NCBI GenBank assembly: GCA_963693055.1
Contig: OY843751.1
Location: 6,112,001 to 6,176,000, forward strand
Direction: 5' to 3'
DNA: 64,000 nt
Source of the DNA: a bacterium
GTDB lineage: Bacteria > Zhuqueibacterota > Zhuqueibacteria > Residuimicrobiales > Krinioviventaceae
This document shows, in pieces, positions 28,458-37,570 of this stretch. The stretch's first letter is position 1; the number at the start of each line of letters is the position of its first letter. The notes under the pieces were generated by a model, which saw only the letters and a list, made by a program, of their open reading frames with translations, was not told where the DNA came from and made no database searches. The position numbers were made by a program, and so were the translations under genes.

Positions 28458-29081
28458 TTAGTTTATTATATAGCACAGCCCCACAGACAGCTCCAGATTT
28501 TTTAATCCGGATTTGCTGACATAATCTATTGTTTTACCAGATGAACTGGAAGGGGCCTCTTTTTCTTTAATATTGCTGAACCCCATTTTTTTAAAATGGA
28601 TAAACATTTTCGACTTGTTGTGAATTCGGGTTGAAAATCCAAAAGTGAAAAATTGTGCAAGTCCATTATAATCTTTTTCCCAGGATTTTTGATAAGTATT
28701 GGTATAGCTGTAATTATAATATCCTGCACCCAAGCCCCAGAATAAGTTAATATTTTTATCCCTGTCGAGAGTTGCAAATGTTTGATATTCAAACTCGAAA
28801 GAAATTCCTGATAATTCTTCAGTACCGTTCAGGATTTCATGCCCTGTATTGGTTTCAGATAAAAGTTTTTTCCTTGCAAATCCCATTCTTGTTAATAAAC
28901 TGTTTTTATCGGTCATTGAATACTCGGCAAAAAGAGCAAGTTGTTTGGGTACAAGGTCCAGATTAGAGTGATATGTTGATGGTTGGTTTATAAAGCTGGA
29001 TCCATAACTAATACCAATACTATTTGCGTAAATGGGTTTTATTATAAATAAAACCCATAATATTAATTCTGCTTTTTTCAT
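28458..29081 (-). CDS. Small outer-membrane beta-barrel protein (paralog type A)
   Basis: Signal peptide; FWGLGAGYY, GLAQFFTFG and FKKMGFSNI shared with the neighbouring genes. Confidence 0.7.
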   Translation of the reverse strand: MKKAELILWVLFIIKPIYANSIGISYGSSFINQPSTYHSNLDLVPKQLALFAEYSMTDKNSLLTRMGFARKKLLSETNTGHEILNGTEELSGISFEFEYQTFATLDRDKNINLFWGLGAGYYNYSYTNTYQKSWEKDYNGLAQFFTFGFSTRIHNKSKMFIHFKKMGFSNIKEKEAPSSSSGKTIDYVSKSGLKNLELSVGLCYIIN

Positions 29082-29093
29082 GAGATTACCCCC

Positions 29094-29744
29094 TTAAATT
29101 TTGAATGAAAATCCCATGGCAATTCCCATATCCTCTAAACCGTTTTTGCTGTCATATTTTGATTTATATGTAAATCCATAATCATAGAAATTATTATCAT
29201 CAGGAGTAATTGTAATATTACTCCATCCCAACTTTTTAAACTGGATAAAAGAAGATACTTTGGAGGTTAAATTGTATTTGCATCCAAAAGTGAAATATTG
29301 GGCAAAACCTTTCAAGTCGTATTTAAATGTCGCATAACTTTTGTTCGTAAGCTCATAGTTGTAATATCCCATTCCTATACCAATAAATGGTGAGAAAGTC
29401 TTGCTTTGCAACGGGCAGGATAAAATCTCAAACTCTACGGGGATTCCTTTTGTTAATAAATATCTTTCTTCACCATGGCTATAATTAGTTTCATTTTTTT
29501 TATAACCGTAACCAGATGATAAAACCAACATCATGGACTTTACCGGCACCCAGAGTTTAACGTTTATACCATTTGGAGGACTGTCAAATGATTTGGTATC
29601 AGTTTCTATTGTTTGAACAATACCCGTACCAAAATCAACTCCCAGCTCTGCTGCCTGCGAGTTGATAAATAAGCAGCTCAAGAATACAAATAAAATATGT
29701 TTGGTTTTCAAAAGTTTTACCTCAGTTTTTATCCAGTTATCCAC
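29094..29744 (-). CDS. Small outer-membrane beta-barrel protein (paralog type B)
   Basis: SQAAELGVDFGTGI, SPFIGIGMGYY, FAQYFTFG and FKKLGWSNI motifs. Confidence 0.7.
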   Translation of the reverse strand: MDNWIKTEVKLLKTKHILFVFLSCLFINSQAAELGVDFGTGIVQTIETDTKSFDSPPNGINVKLWVPVKSMMLVLSSGYGYKKNETNYSHGEERYLLTKGIPVEFEILSCPLQSKTFSPFIGIGMGYYNYELTNKSYATFKYDLKGFAQYFTFGCKYNLTSKVSSFIQFKKLGWSNITITPDDNNFYDYGFTYKSKYDSKNGLEDMGIAMGFSFKI

Positions 29745-29785
29745 CCTCTATTAATTTTTGTTTTGGAGGGTGGTTAATAAGAAAA

Positions 29786-30409
29786 TTAATTGCCCAATTG
29801 ATACATTAAACCAACAGTTATCTCCATGCTTTCAAGTCCATAATAGCTATTATAATCTACATTATATGAATATGACTCTGAATTTCGTTTGGATTCTATG
29901 TTGCTGAGTCCCATTTTTTTGAAATTTACATACATATGGGTTTTGGTATTTATTGCAGATTTAAATCCAAAGCAAAAGTATTGAGCCAGTCCACGAATAT
30001 CTTCTTCTTGCATGTTATTATAATCATTATTGAAGTTGTAATAATAATAACCGACACCTATTCCCCAAAATAAACCCATGGTATTCGCATTGTTCAGATT
30101 TGCAATAAATCTGTAATCTGCACCAAAGTTGAACCCGCTTATTGATTCTGTTGCATCATCACCCATATTGGTGCTATTTGGATTGTTTCCGCTGTTGTTC
30201 TCATAGCCGTAACCAAAGCTGGTATGGATCCAACTGTATTTATTGATTTGCCTGGCAAGATTTATATTTATATGTTTGGGTTCTAAAATAGTTCGTGAAG
30301 TTAAATTTGATGCTTTTAAAATCATTCCTGTGCCCAAACTTGAACCAATCTGAACGGAGAATGCACTTTGTATCAAAAGGAATAAAAAGACAATGATTGT
30401 TTTTTTCAT
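29786..30409 (-). CDS. Small outer-membrane beta-barrel protein (paralog type A)
   Basis: FWGIGVGYY, GLAQYFCFG and FKKMGLSNI motifs. Confidence 0.7.
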   Translation of the reverse strand: MKKTIIVFLFLLIQSAFSVQIGSSLGTGMILKASNLTSRTILEPKHININLARQINKYSWIHTSFGYGYENNSGNNPNSTNMGDDATESISGFNFGADYRFIANLNNANTMGLFWGIGVGYYYYNFNNDYNNMQEEDIRGLAQYFCFGFKSAINTKTHMYVNFKKMGLSNIESKRNSESYSYNVDYNSYYGLESMEITVGLMYQLGN

Positions 30410-31050
30410 TTGTCACCCCCATTTAATATGAAACTGAAGCCAACAACAAAGCCCAGATCCTGCAGGCCGGATTTACTTTTTTGATCTCTTTTGCTGGACA
30501 AAGAATAGGAGGAATTTTTGTCATATGTAATTTTTAAATTACTCCAGCCTAATTTTTTAAATTGAATGTAGGTTTTCCATTTTGTACCCAGCTTATAGCT
30601 ACATCCAAAAGTAAAGTATTGGGCAAAATTTTTAATACTGAATTTATAAGTTCTGCCATACATATATTCTAATGAATAGTTATAGTATCCAAAACCCAAC
30701 CCTATAAATGGAGAAATGGGATTGTTTTGAAATAAAGGAGAAGACAGGCATTCAACTTCCAGTGGAAAGCCTCGAGTTTTATGAAAAGTATCATAACCTA
30801 TTCCATTATGTGATACATTACTTTGAGTGTTTTGATAGCCATAACCTGTAGATACGCCCCAAATTACTGAATTGACCGGAATCCAGAGTTTCACATTTAA
30901 ACCCTGTGGAGGATTTTGAAATGACCCTGCATCTGTTTCAATTCTTTGAATGATACCCGTTCCGAAATCAACCGCTAGTTCTGCTGCCTGGGAGGTGATA
31001 AATATACAGATCAATAATACAAACAAGAAATTTTTGAATTTCATAAACAT
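30406..31050 (-). CDS. Small outer-membrane beta-barrel protein (paralog type B)
   Basis: SQAAELAVDFGTGI, SPFIGLGFGYY, FAQYFTFG and FKKLGWSNL motifs. Confidence 0.7.
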   Translation of the reverse strand: MFMKFKNFLFVLLICIFITSQAAELAVDFGTGIIQRIETDAGSFQNPPQGLNVKLWIPVNSVIWGVSTGYGYQNTQSNVSHNGIGYDTFHKTRGFPLEVECLSSPLFQNNPISPFIGLGFGYYNYSLEYMYGRTYKFSIKNFAQYFTFGCSYKLGTKWKTYIQFKKLGWSNLKITYDKNSSYSLSSKRDQKSKSGLQDLGFVVGFSFILNGGDK

Positions 31051-31168
31051 CCCCTTTTTTAACCCCTTGATGAATGTTGATTATTGAAAATAGTTGTATA
31101 ATAGATTGTAAACGCTTATTTTATACCAATTGTATTGGAAAATAGTTCCCGATAATTGGAAAACAGAA

Positions 31169-31702
31169 ATGCTCCGCAAACTTTCATATGAAGAAATCAA
31201 TGACGCGCGTCCTGATCCACAGGATTCGCTCAACAGCCCCCGCAATCGCATCGTCGTGATAGCGGACAATATCCGTTCCGCGCATAATGTGGGTGCCTTG
31301 TTCCGTACCTCAGACGGCGCGCATATCGAGCATCTGTATCTGTGCGGTATTACCAGCCAACCCCCGCGGGCGGACATTCGCAAGACCAGCCTGGGCGCTG
31401 AAGAATCCGTGCCCTGGAGTTATGAACCGGATGCGGCAAAATTGATTGAAAAGCTGAAAACAGAGGGGTATCAGATCGTTATGCTTGAACATACCTCTGA
31501 CAGTGTGGATTACCGCAAAGCGGGTTACCAATTTCCCCTGTGCCTGGTTGTTGGCAACGAGTACCACGGCATTCAGGATGAGCTGGTACCATTGGGCGAT
31601 ATTGCCGTAGAGATACCCATGCTGGGCATCAAGCAATCGCTCAATGTTTCGGTTGCCTATGGTATAGCGGTTTATGAATTATTAACACATCTGCAAGAAT
31701 AA
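31169..31702 (+). CDS. TrmH/SpoU family RNA methyltransferase
   Basis: DNIRSAHNVGALFRTSD, VVGNE..GI and IPMLG.KQSLNVSVA SPOUT motifs. Confidence 0.93.
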   Translation: MLRKLSYEEINDARPDPQDSLNSPRNRIVVIADNIRSAHNVGALFRTSDGAHIEHLYLCGITSQPPRADIRKTSLGAEESVPWSYEPDAAKLIEKLKTEGYQIVMLEHTSDSVDYRKAGYQFPLCLVVGNEYHGIQDELVPLGDIAVEIPMLGIKQSLNVSVAYGIAVYELLTHLQE

Positions 31703-31744
31703 CCGGACAAATTTTGATGTTCTTGATAAAAAGAAAGAGTAGCA

Positions 31745-31939
31745 ATGAATTTTAGTTTCTGGAAAGATGGATATAAACGCAGAGCAGTCATTTACATGGC
31801 ATTTGGAGTTGCCGGTCTGCTTTATGAAATTTTGTTTCGCAATCCTCCCCGAACCCTGGTGATGGTCTTGTGGGGTGGTATTGTTGCAATAGGTATAATT
31901 ATATGGAGCACCTTAAAGGACCCCAACGCTGAAAAGTAA
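31745..31939 (+). CDS. Small two-TM hypothetical protein
   Basis: 64 aa with two hydrophobic helices; co-oriented and tightly spaced with neighbours. Confidence 0.6.
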   Translation: MNFSFWKDGYKRRAVIYMAFGVAGLLYEILFRNPPRTLVMVLWGGIVAIGIIIWSTLKDPNAEK

Positions 31940-31943
31940 CCGG

Positions 31944-33917
31944 TTGACATGGTTACTGCTTGTTTTCTTTGCGGGCAGTGTTTTTGCGCAGGACAGGATT
32001 TTAGACAAGCCCTTTGTCTCTCCACCTGTTTATATGCAGTTGGATCGTGACGATGAATCCAACCCCATTGATGTACTGCATTATGACCTGCATCTTTTAA
32101 TTTTACCTGAAGAAAAACAGATTACCGCACGAGCTGATCTAGAAATTCGTTCCTTACCTTCTGCGGAATCCACTTTTTTTCTACATTTGTTGAACCTGAC
32201 AGTAGATTCTGTGTTTATTAATGGCTCAAAAACAAGCGAATATCTGTATGGAAACGGTAAACTTGTTATGGATACACCCGCAATGGATGATACTTTTGGG
32301 GTGAGTGTTTATTATCATGGAACACCGGGTAACGACCGCAGCGGTGGATTCTTTTTCATCAAAGATATTATTTATACGCATGGTGAAGGCTTGAATACCC
32401 AGCCGCCATCCATGCTGCGCTTTTGGGTGCCGTCACATGATGTACCGGATGACAAGGCAACGCTGGATATGTACATAACCGTGCCCACCGGTTTGAGCGC
32501 TTTTTCCAACGGATTGTTGGTGGATACCACAACCTCGGAAGAGGGTACAACCACATGGCACTGGCAGGAGAAACATCCCATTGCCTCATATCTAATTGCT
32601 CTTGCTGTCAGTAACTATGAGGTGCATCAGGAGCCGTATGTATCTATTGATCAAGACACAATCCCCCTTGAATTTTATGTAACCCCGGAAAAGTTTGAAA
32701 ATGCCGAGTTGAGCTGGCAGAATCTTTCACAAATGATGCGTGTGTTTGAAGAACTTTTGGGACCGTACCCCTTTGATCGTTATAGCATGGCAGAGACGTA
32801 TCAGAGCGGTGCAATGGAGCACCAGACCATGACCAGTATGTCAACCAACCTGATTACCGGTGATCACAAATATGATTATATTGTAGCGCACGAGCTGGCC
32901 CATCACTGGTTTGGAGATTATGTAACATTGACAGACTGGCGAGAGATCTGGCTTAACGAAGGGTTTGCCTCGTATTGTGAAGCGCTTTATTTTGAACAGA
33001 TCGCAGGACAGGATTCGTTGCGGGGTACCATGCAAACCATGGCTACCAACTATTTTAGTGAAGTGGGACGAATTGGGCACTTTGCTTTATATGATCCGGT
33101 TTATATGTGGGGATATACGGTTTATCAAAAAGGGGCCTGGGTGTTGCACATGCTGCGTTATCTTGTTGGCGACGACGCTTTTATAAACACATTACGAAAT
33201 TATTTGGATCAGCATGCCTATGGTAATGCAACTATTGATGATTTTCAGCGCATTGCCGAACAGGAATCCGGGCAGGATCTTGATCTTTTTTTTGAACAGT
33301 GGATTTATCGTCCCGGATACCCGGACCTTGAAGTGGGGTGGGAGACATCCCTGGCCGCGGATGGAAAGCGATTGGTTGAACTGTTTGTGAGACAGCGGCA
33401 AGTGGTAGGCGGAATTTTTGAATTCCCGCTGGAAGTGATGTTCCGTTCTGACAATTCATCATTGCTGGACACGTTGAGTATTACCCAGGATTATGAGACT
33501 TTTCAATGGGAACTGGATTTTAATCCCTCCGAGCTCGATATAGATCCATACGAATGGCTGCTGGATAAAACCAAGATTGTTGCCAGACCGTTGCCCCCGG
33601 GATTCGAGGACTATGAATTCGGATTGTCGCAGACCTATCCCAATCCTTTTGTTCCCTCTGGTGAGGTGCCGGCTACACGCATTGACGTGCAGGTGGCGCA
33701 AAAAGACAATCCGCATCACATACAGTTAACGGTTTACAATACGCTGGGGAAACGCGTAAAGACCATTGCCAATCATCGTGTGATGGGAGGTCTGTACACT
33801 TATAGCTGGGACGCCTCAGACGAAAACGGCACACGAGTACCTGATGGGGTTTATTTTGTACGGTTTAAATCAGGCAGTACGGTGTTGTACAAGAAATTAA
33901 CCGTATTGAGTGATTGA
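31944..33917 (+). CDS. M1 family zinc aminopeptidase with FlgD/T9SS-type C-terminal domain
   Basis: GAMEH, HELAH-x18-E (WLNEGFA) and YQKGA motifs; YPNPF...GVYF C-terminal domain. Confidence 0.93.
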   Translation: MTWLLLVFFAGSVFAQDRILDKPFVSPPVYMQLDRDDESNPIDVLHYDLHLLILPEEKQITARADLEIRSLPSAESTFFLHLLNLTVDSVFINGSKTSEYLYGNGKLVMDTPAMDDTFGVSVYYHGTPGNDRSGGFFFIKDIIYTHGEGLNTQPPSMLRFWVPSHDVPDDKATLDMYITVPTGLSAFSNGLLVDTTTSEEGTTTWHWQEKHPIASYLIALAVSNYEVHQEPYVSIDQDTIPLEFYVTPEKFENAELSWQNLSQMMRVFEELLGPYPFDRYSMAETYQSGAMEHQTMTSMSTNLITGDHKYDYIVAHELAHHWFGDYVTLTDWREIWLNEGFASYCEALYFEQIAGQDSLRGTMQTMATNYFSEVGRIGHFALYDPVYMWGYTVYQKGAWVLHMLRYLVGDDAFINTLRNYLDQHAYGNATIDDFQRIAEQESGQDLDLFFEQWIYRPGYPDLEVGWETSLAADGKRLVELFVRQRQVVGGIFEFPLEVMFRSDNSSLLDTLSITQDYETFQWELDFNPSELDIDPYEWLLDKTKIVARPLPPGFEDYEFGLSQTYPNPFVPSGEVPATRIDVQVAQKDNPHHIQLTVYNTLGKRVKTIANHRVMGGLYTYSWDASDENGTRVPDGVYFVRFKSGSTVLYKKLTVLSD

Positions 33918-33975
33918 AAAATAGTATTTTATTGTCAAAATTGATATTTTATTCGGTGTGGATTGAGGATTTTAG

Positions 33976-34179
33976 ATGAATAAAAGCAATAAAAGAAAAT
34001 TACAGAGAATCGTTACTAAAAGTTTTATTGGTGATTCAGAATTAGAAAAAAAAGATCTACAATATTGGCTCAGTCGTCCACCACAAGAACGATTTGAGGC
34101 AGTTGAATTTTTAAAGAGGCACGCATATGGAGATTTACCAAGATTATCTCGAGTTGTTCGAATTATTGAACGCAAATAA
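33976..34179 (+). CDS. Small hypothetical protein, probable partner of the downstream nucleotidyltransferase
   Basis: D..YW.S.PPQERF.AVE.L motif; overlaps the next gene. Confidence 0.65.
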   Translation: MNKSNKRKLQRIVTKSFIGDSELEKKDLQYWLSRPPQERFEAVEFLKRHAYGDLPRLSRVVRIIERK

Positions 34180-34570
34180 TGTAGAATATATGATTGTGGG
34201 AGGTTATGCGTTAGCATTTTATGGTCATCCCAGAACAACAGGAGATATTGATATTTGGGTAAAACCAGATAATGCTAATGCTGAAAAAATTTTGAAAGCC
34301 CTTGATGATTTTGGATTTGGGGGATTAGGATTGAATGTTGATGATTTTAATACACCAGATAAAATTGTTCAGTTAGGATATCCACCGGTACGAATTGATT
34401 TATTAACTTCATTAAGTGGTATTACGTGGGAGGAGGCTATTAATCATATAGTTTACAGCGAATATGCCAATGTCCCGGTGAAAATTATAGGTTTGGAAGC
34501 ATTTAAGAAAAATAAAAAAGTGACCGGAAGATTAAAAGATTTGGCAGATCTTGAATCATTGGATGAGTGA
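34127..34570 (+). CDS. Nucleotidyltransferase-like protein (DUF6036/AbiEii-like)
   Basis: VGGYA..FYG.PRTTGDIDIW and NK..TGR.KDLADLE motifs. Confidence 0.85.
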   Translation: MEIYQDYLELFELLNANNVEYMIVGGYALAFYGHPRTTGDIDIWVKPDNANAEKILKALDDFGFGGLGLNVDDFNTPDKIVQLGYPPVRIDLLTSLSGITWEEAINHIVYSEYANVPVKIIGLEAFKKNKKVTGRLKDLADLESLDE

Positions 34571-34596
34571 AAAGGTTGATTTTTTTAAGAGGTTAA

Positions 34597-34632
34597 TAAA
34601 AAAAGGGAGCGGATATCCGCTCCCTTTTTTTA
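34597..34632. terminator. Bidirectional terminator (perfect palindrome)
   Basis: TAAAAAAAGGGAGCGGAT|ATCCGCTCCCTTTTTTTA between convergent genes. Confidence 0.9.
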
Positions 34633-34636
34633 GTTT

Positions 34637-37567
34637 CTATTTATAAGCATCAAGGGGTGATTTGGTTAGATATATCTTGATTTCGATGCGTCTGTTTAGG
34701 ATACGTCCCGATGATTTTTCATTATTACCAATCAGGATCTGTTCACCTGTCAAACGCTCTACCTGCAGCGGATTGTATTCACCATATCCACGTGGCGGAT
34801 CCACACGAGACATGATGCTTTCGTAATTGTCAGGAGCATTTTTCTTCATATACTCCATAAATTCCTGCTGGAATGTTTTTACGCGTCGGTCAGACAGGGC
34901 CTCATTGATTTGAGCGGAGCCTGTTGCACAGGCGTGCCCGCTGAAAGCGATACGCATATCCGGATTTTCCAGAATGGAACTCATTTGCTCAAGCAGCAGA
35001 TTGAGATAAAACTCGTACAACGGACTGGTATTGTTGAATTGCAGCGGGATTGCCATACGGTTTTCCCTCAACACATCAATTGCTTTCATAACCACCGTGT
35101 CGGGTCGGGTTTTAAAGTGTCTGCCCAGATTATCAACAACCTTGAGCTGGTATTCAGCTTCTTTTTCATTCCAGTAAACCCGTCCATAAGGAATAGGCAT
35201 CCACTCAATGTGGGTTTTGATTTTGGCGCCTTCTTTCAGGTCCAGTTCAAGCGTATCTACAATACCTTTTCCAAAATAAGCAGCATAAGATTCTTCTGCA
35301 GGTACCGCGTATTTCAATTGGGTATCAAATACAATGTTCTTCAACAGGGGTTCATCGTCCCGGATGTATACCGGTTCAAACAATTCTTCCTGGCCCAGGG
35401 TGTCTGAATCAATCTTGACCATACGACGTTCTTCAAAGATCCATCTTCTGTCATCAGGGTTCGAGGGTGTGCGGCGGCTTTCCCAAACTTCACCCGGCAG
35501 GATCCGGATCTGTTCTGGTCTTACACGGCGTGAAATCAAGGTATCACGCACAGCCTCAGAACGACGATTGGCAAGGTCAATTGTTGCGTTTTCGGAATTG
35601 GGATCTGCCCATCCTTTAAGGGTAATGCGTTGATCTGGCTTTCTGACCAATCTCTCTGCAATAATGCTGAGATGCGGATCAAATTGCGACATGGTCAGGT
35701 AATCCATAGAAACATCGGTCTTGTTGGTGTCAAAAGTAACTACCGTAACAATAGGAGTATTGATCTCTACCCGCGAGTTCAATATGGTTAACGCCGTGTC
35801 TGCGGTGGTCAGGTATCCTTTGGGAATGGTATAAAAGCTTGTGACTTTATAATTCTTATCTTTTTCCCATTCTATCAAGTTGCTGTCCACATCGGCTTCT
35901 ACTATGAACTCGTGCTTGCCCAGCCATTTTGTATTCCACTGGAGGGGAATGACTTTTTCTTCACCAGGCAGCAGTGAATCAATAACCGCTCTGGATATCA
36001 ATTGGGTTGTGGGCTGATTTACATTGTCCATATCCAGACTCTCTTTTAAAATGCCAACAGAGTCAGAGATATTAACTGTAAATTGAGATGCGGTACGGTC
36101 ACCACGATTACTGAGATGAACACGTATGTCACCGTGATAATCATCCATGGTTATCCATGGAGAATAGTTGAATACAATTTGATCGATCTGGATGTCAGGC
36201 AGTGGCACATAGAATTTGGAGATATAGGTGTCTCCCTTTTTCGCCAGTCTGATATGTTTATCTTTATCAATTGCTACAACCATCCAGTAATAGTACCCGC
36301 CAACAATATCATTGAACAGATATTCTGTATCTTTCAAGTTGGTTTTTACCATATAGCTGGTGTTTTTAATTTCTTCCAAAATATTACCCTGATCTTCGTT
36401 GTATAAATAAGCCAGGCGTGTCATTTTAGAATAATTCTGGTCCATTACCAGGGTATAACTTACATCGTCGTACAGGTCAGGATCTTTGGATGGCTGCCAA
36501 TGTACCCGAACCGTGTCTGTGTAAAATGTGTCGTTTTCTGTTGCTGTGATAAAAGAAAACTGTTCAGGACGAATGGGGTAATGCGTGGCAGTACCGCGAT
36601 AGGTCCGTGAAAAGAAATCCGCTTCATTTACCGATGCTACATCAAAACGAAGTGCATTGTTGCGACCCGGTACCACTTCTCCACCGGGAAAGTTGATGTC
36701 ATCGAGTCGAATGCTTGCGCCAAAGGTGACCTTTTCCATCAGATCGCCACCAAAGTCATATCCCGCGTTTATGGAAAACGTACGACCAATACTAAACTCG
36801 GTACCCATTGCAATGTAATTATCTTCATCCATTACGTCGATATAATCAGCTGTAACAACAAATTGCAATCCGGTATGACTGCCGGTATAAAATGCTAGTC
36901 CGGCACGACGGGTTTCTGGCAATGGTGTTCCCTGCTGGTCAAAATTAATGGTTCCGCCGTATTGGGTAAGAGCAGCACCCATGGTGACAATACCATACGG
37001 AAACACAGAGTTTCCCATACCGAAACGAGGTGTACGTATCAACAGGCCAAAATCAGCAACAGGAGCGCCGGCGCTGAAATCTGCCAGCTTGCTGCGCAGG
37101 TATTTGAAATTGGCTCCCAGCGAAATATAGTCAGTTAAAAAAGTAAGAGGTTGACCAATGCTAAGAGATGCTACCATATCGTTCGATGAAGCATATGGCA
37201 TGGTATCATCCGTACTGTCAAATTCAGGAACACCCTGGTACAGAAATCCTACAGCCAGGTTTGTTCTGCGGCTCCATGGAGTATGAACGCGTTTTCCGTA
37301 AAGAAAAGAGGCATTGGAAATATCGGCAATCCATTTTGTATAAGAAGCCGACCACTGCCATTCGCGCAAGAAACCGGCAGAACCGGGGTTTGCATATAAA
37401 GAATGAACATCGTCAATGATTCCGGTTTGCGCCATAGACATGGACTGCACCCGCGCACCCGGTAGCATTTTTAAAAATGCAGCGCCTGCTCTGATTTGCG
37501 CGTTACTTTGTACGGTAACAAACAGCAGCAAAAAGATCGAGAACTGACGTATCAATATCTTTTTCAT
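34637..37567 (-). CDS. PorV/PorQ-family beta-barrel fused to a CARDB-like domain and two OmpA-C-like domains
   Basis: GAAFLK..PGAR..SM, YANPG and SYTKWIAD (PorV-type N-terminus); V.LSN.G...A..F.V and EADVDSN..E (CARDB-like); LKGWAD..LANRRSEAVRD and SGHAC..INEALSDRR...NRRIEI (OmpA-C). Confidence 0.8.
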   Translation of the reverse strand: MKKILIRQFSIFLLLFVTVQSNAQIRAGAAFLKMLPGARVQSMSMAQTGIIDDVHSLYANPGSAGFLREWQWSASYTKWIADISNASFLYGKRVHTPWSRRTNLAVGFLYQGVPEFDSTDDTMPYASSNDMVASLSIGQPLTFLTDYISLGANFKYLRSKLADFSAGAPVADFGLLIRTPRFGMGNSVFPYGIVTMGAALTQYGGTINFDQQGTPLPETRRAGLAFYTGSHTGLQFVVTADYIDVMDEDNYIAMGTEFSIGRTFSINAGYDFGGDLMEKVTFGASIRLDDINFPGGEVVPGRNNALRFDVASVNEADFFSRTYRGTATHYPIRPEQFSFITATENDTFYTDTVRVHWQPSKDPDLYDDVSYTLVMDQNYSKMTRLAYLYNEDQGNILEEIKNTSYMVKTNLKDTEYLFNDIVGGYYYWMVVAIDKDKHIRLAKKGDTYISKFYVPLPDIQIDQIVFNYSPWITMDDYHGDIRVHLSNRGDRTASQFTVNISDSVGILKESLDMDNVNQPTTQLISRAVIDSLLPGEEKVIPLQWNTKWLGKHEFIVEADVDSNLIEWEKDKNYKVTSFYTIPKGYLTTADTALTILNSRVEINTPIVTVVTFDTNKTDVSMDYLTMSQFDPHLSIIAERLVRKPDQRITLKGWADPNSENATIDLANRRSEAVRDTLISRRVRPEQIRILPGEVWESRRTPSNPDDRRWIFEERRMVKIDSDTLGQEELFEPVYIRDDEPLLKNIVFDTQLKYAVPAEESYAAYFGKGIVDTLELDLKEGAKIKTHIEWMPIPYGRVYWNEKEAEYQLKVVDNLGRHFKTRPDTVVMKAIDVLRENRMAIPLQFNNTSPLYEFYLNLLLEQMSSILENPDMRIAFSGHACATGSAQINEALSDRRVKTFQQEFMEYMKKNAPDNYESIMSRVDPPRGYGEYNPLQVERLTGEQILIGNNEKSSGRILNRRIEIKIYLTKSPLDAYK

Positions 37568-37570
37568 AGT

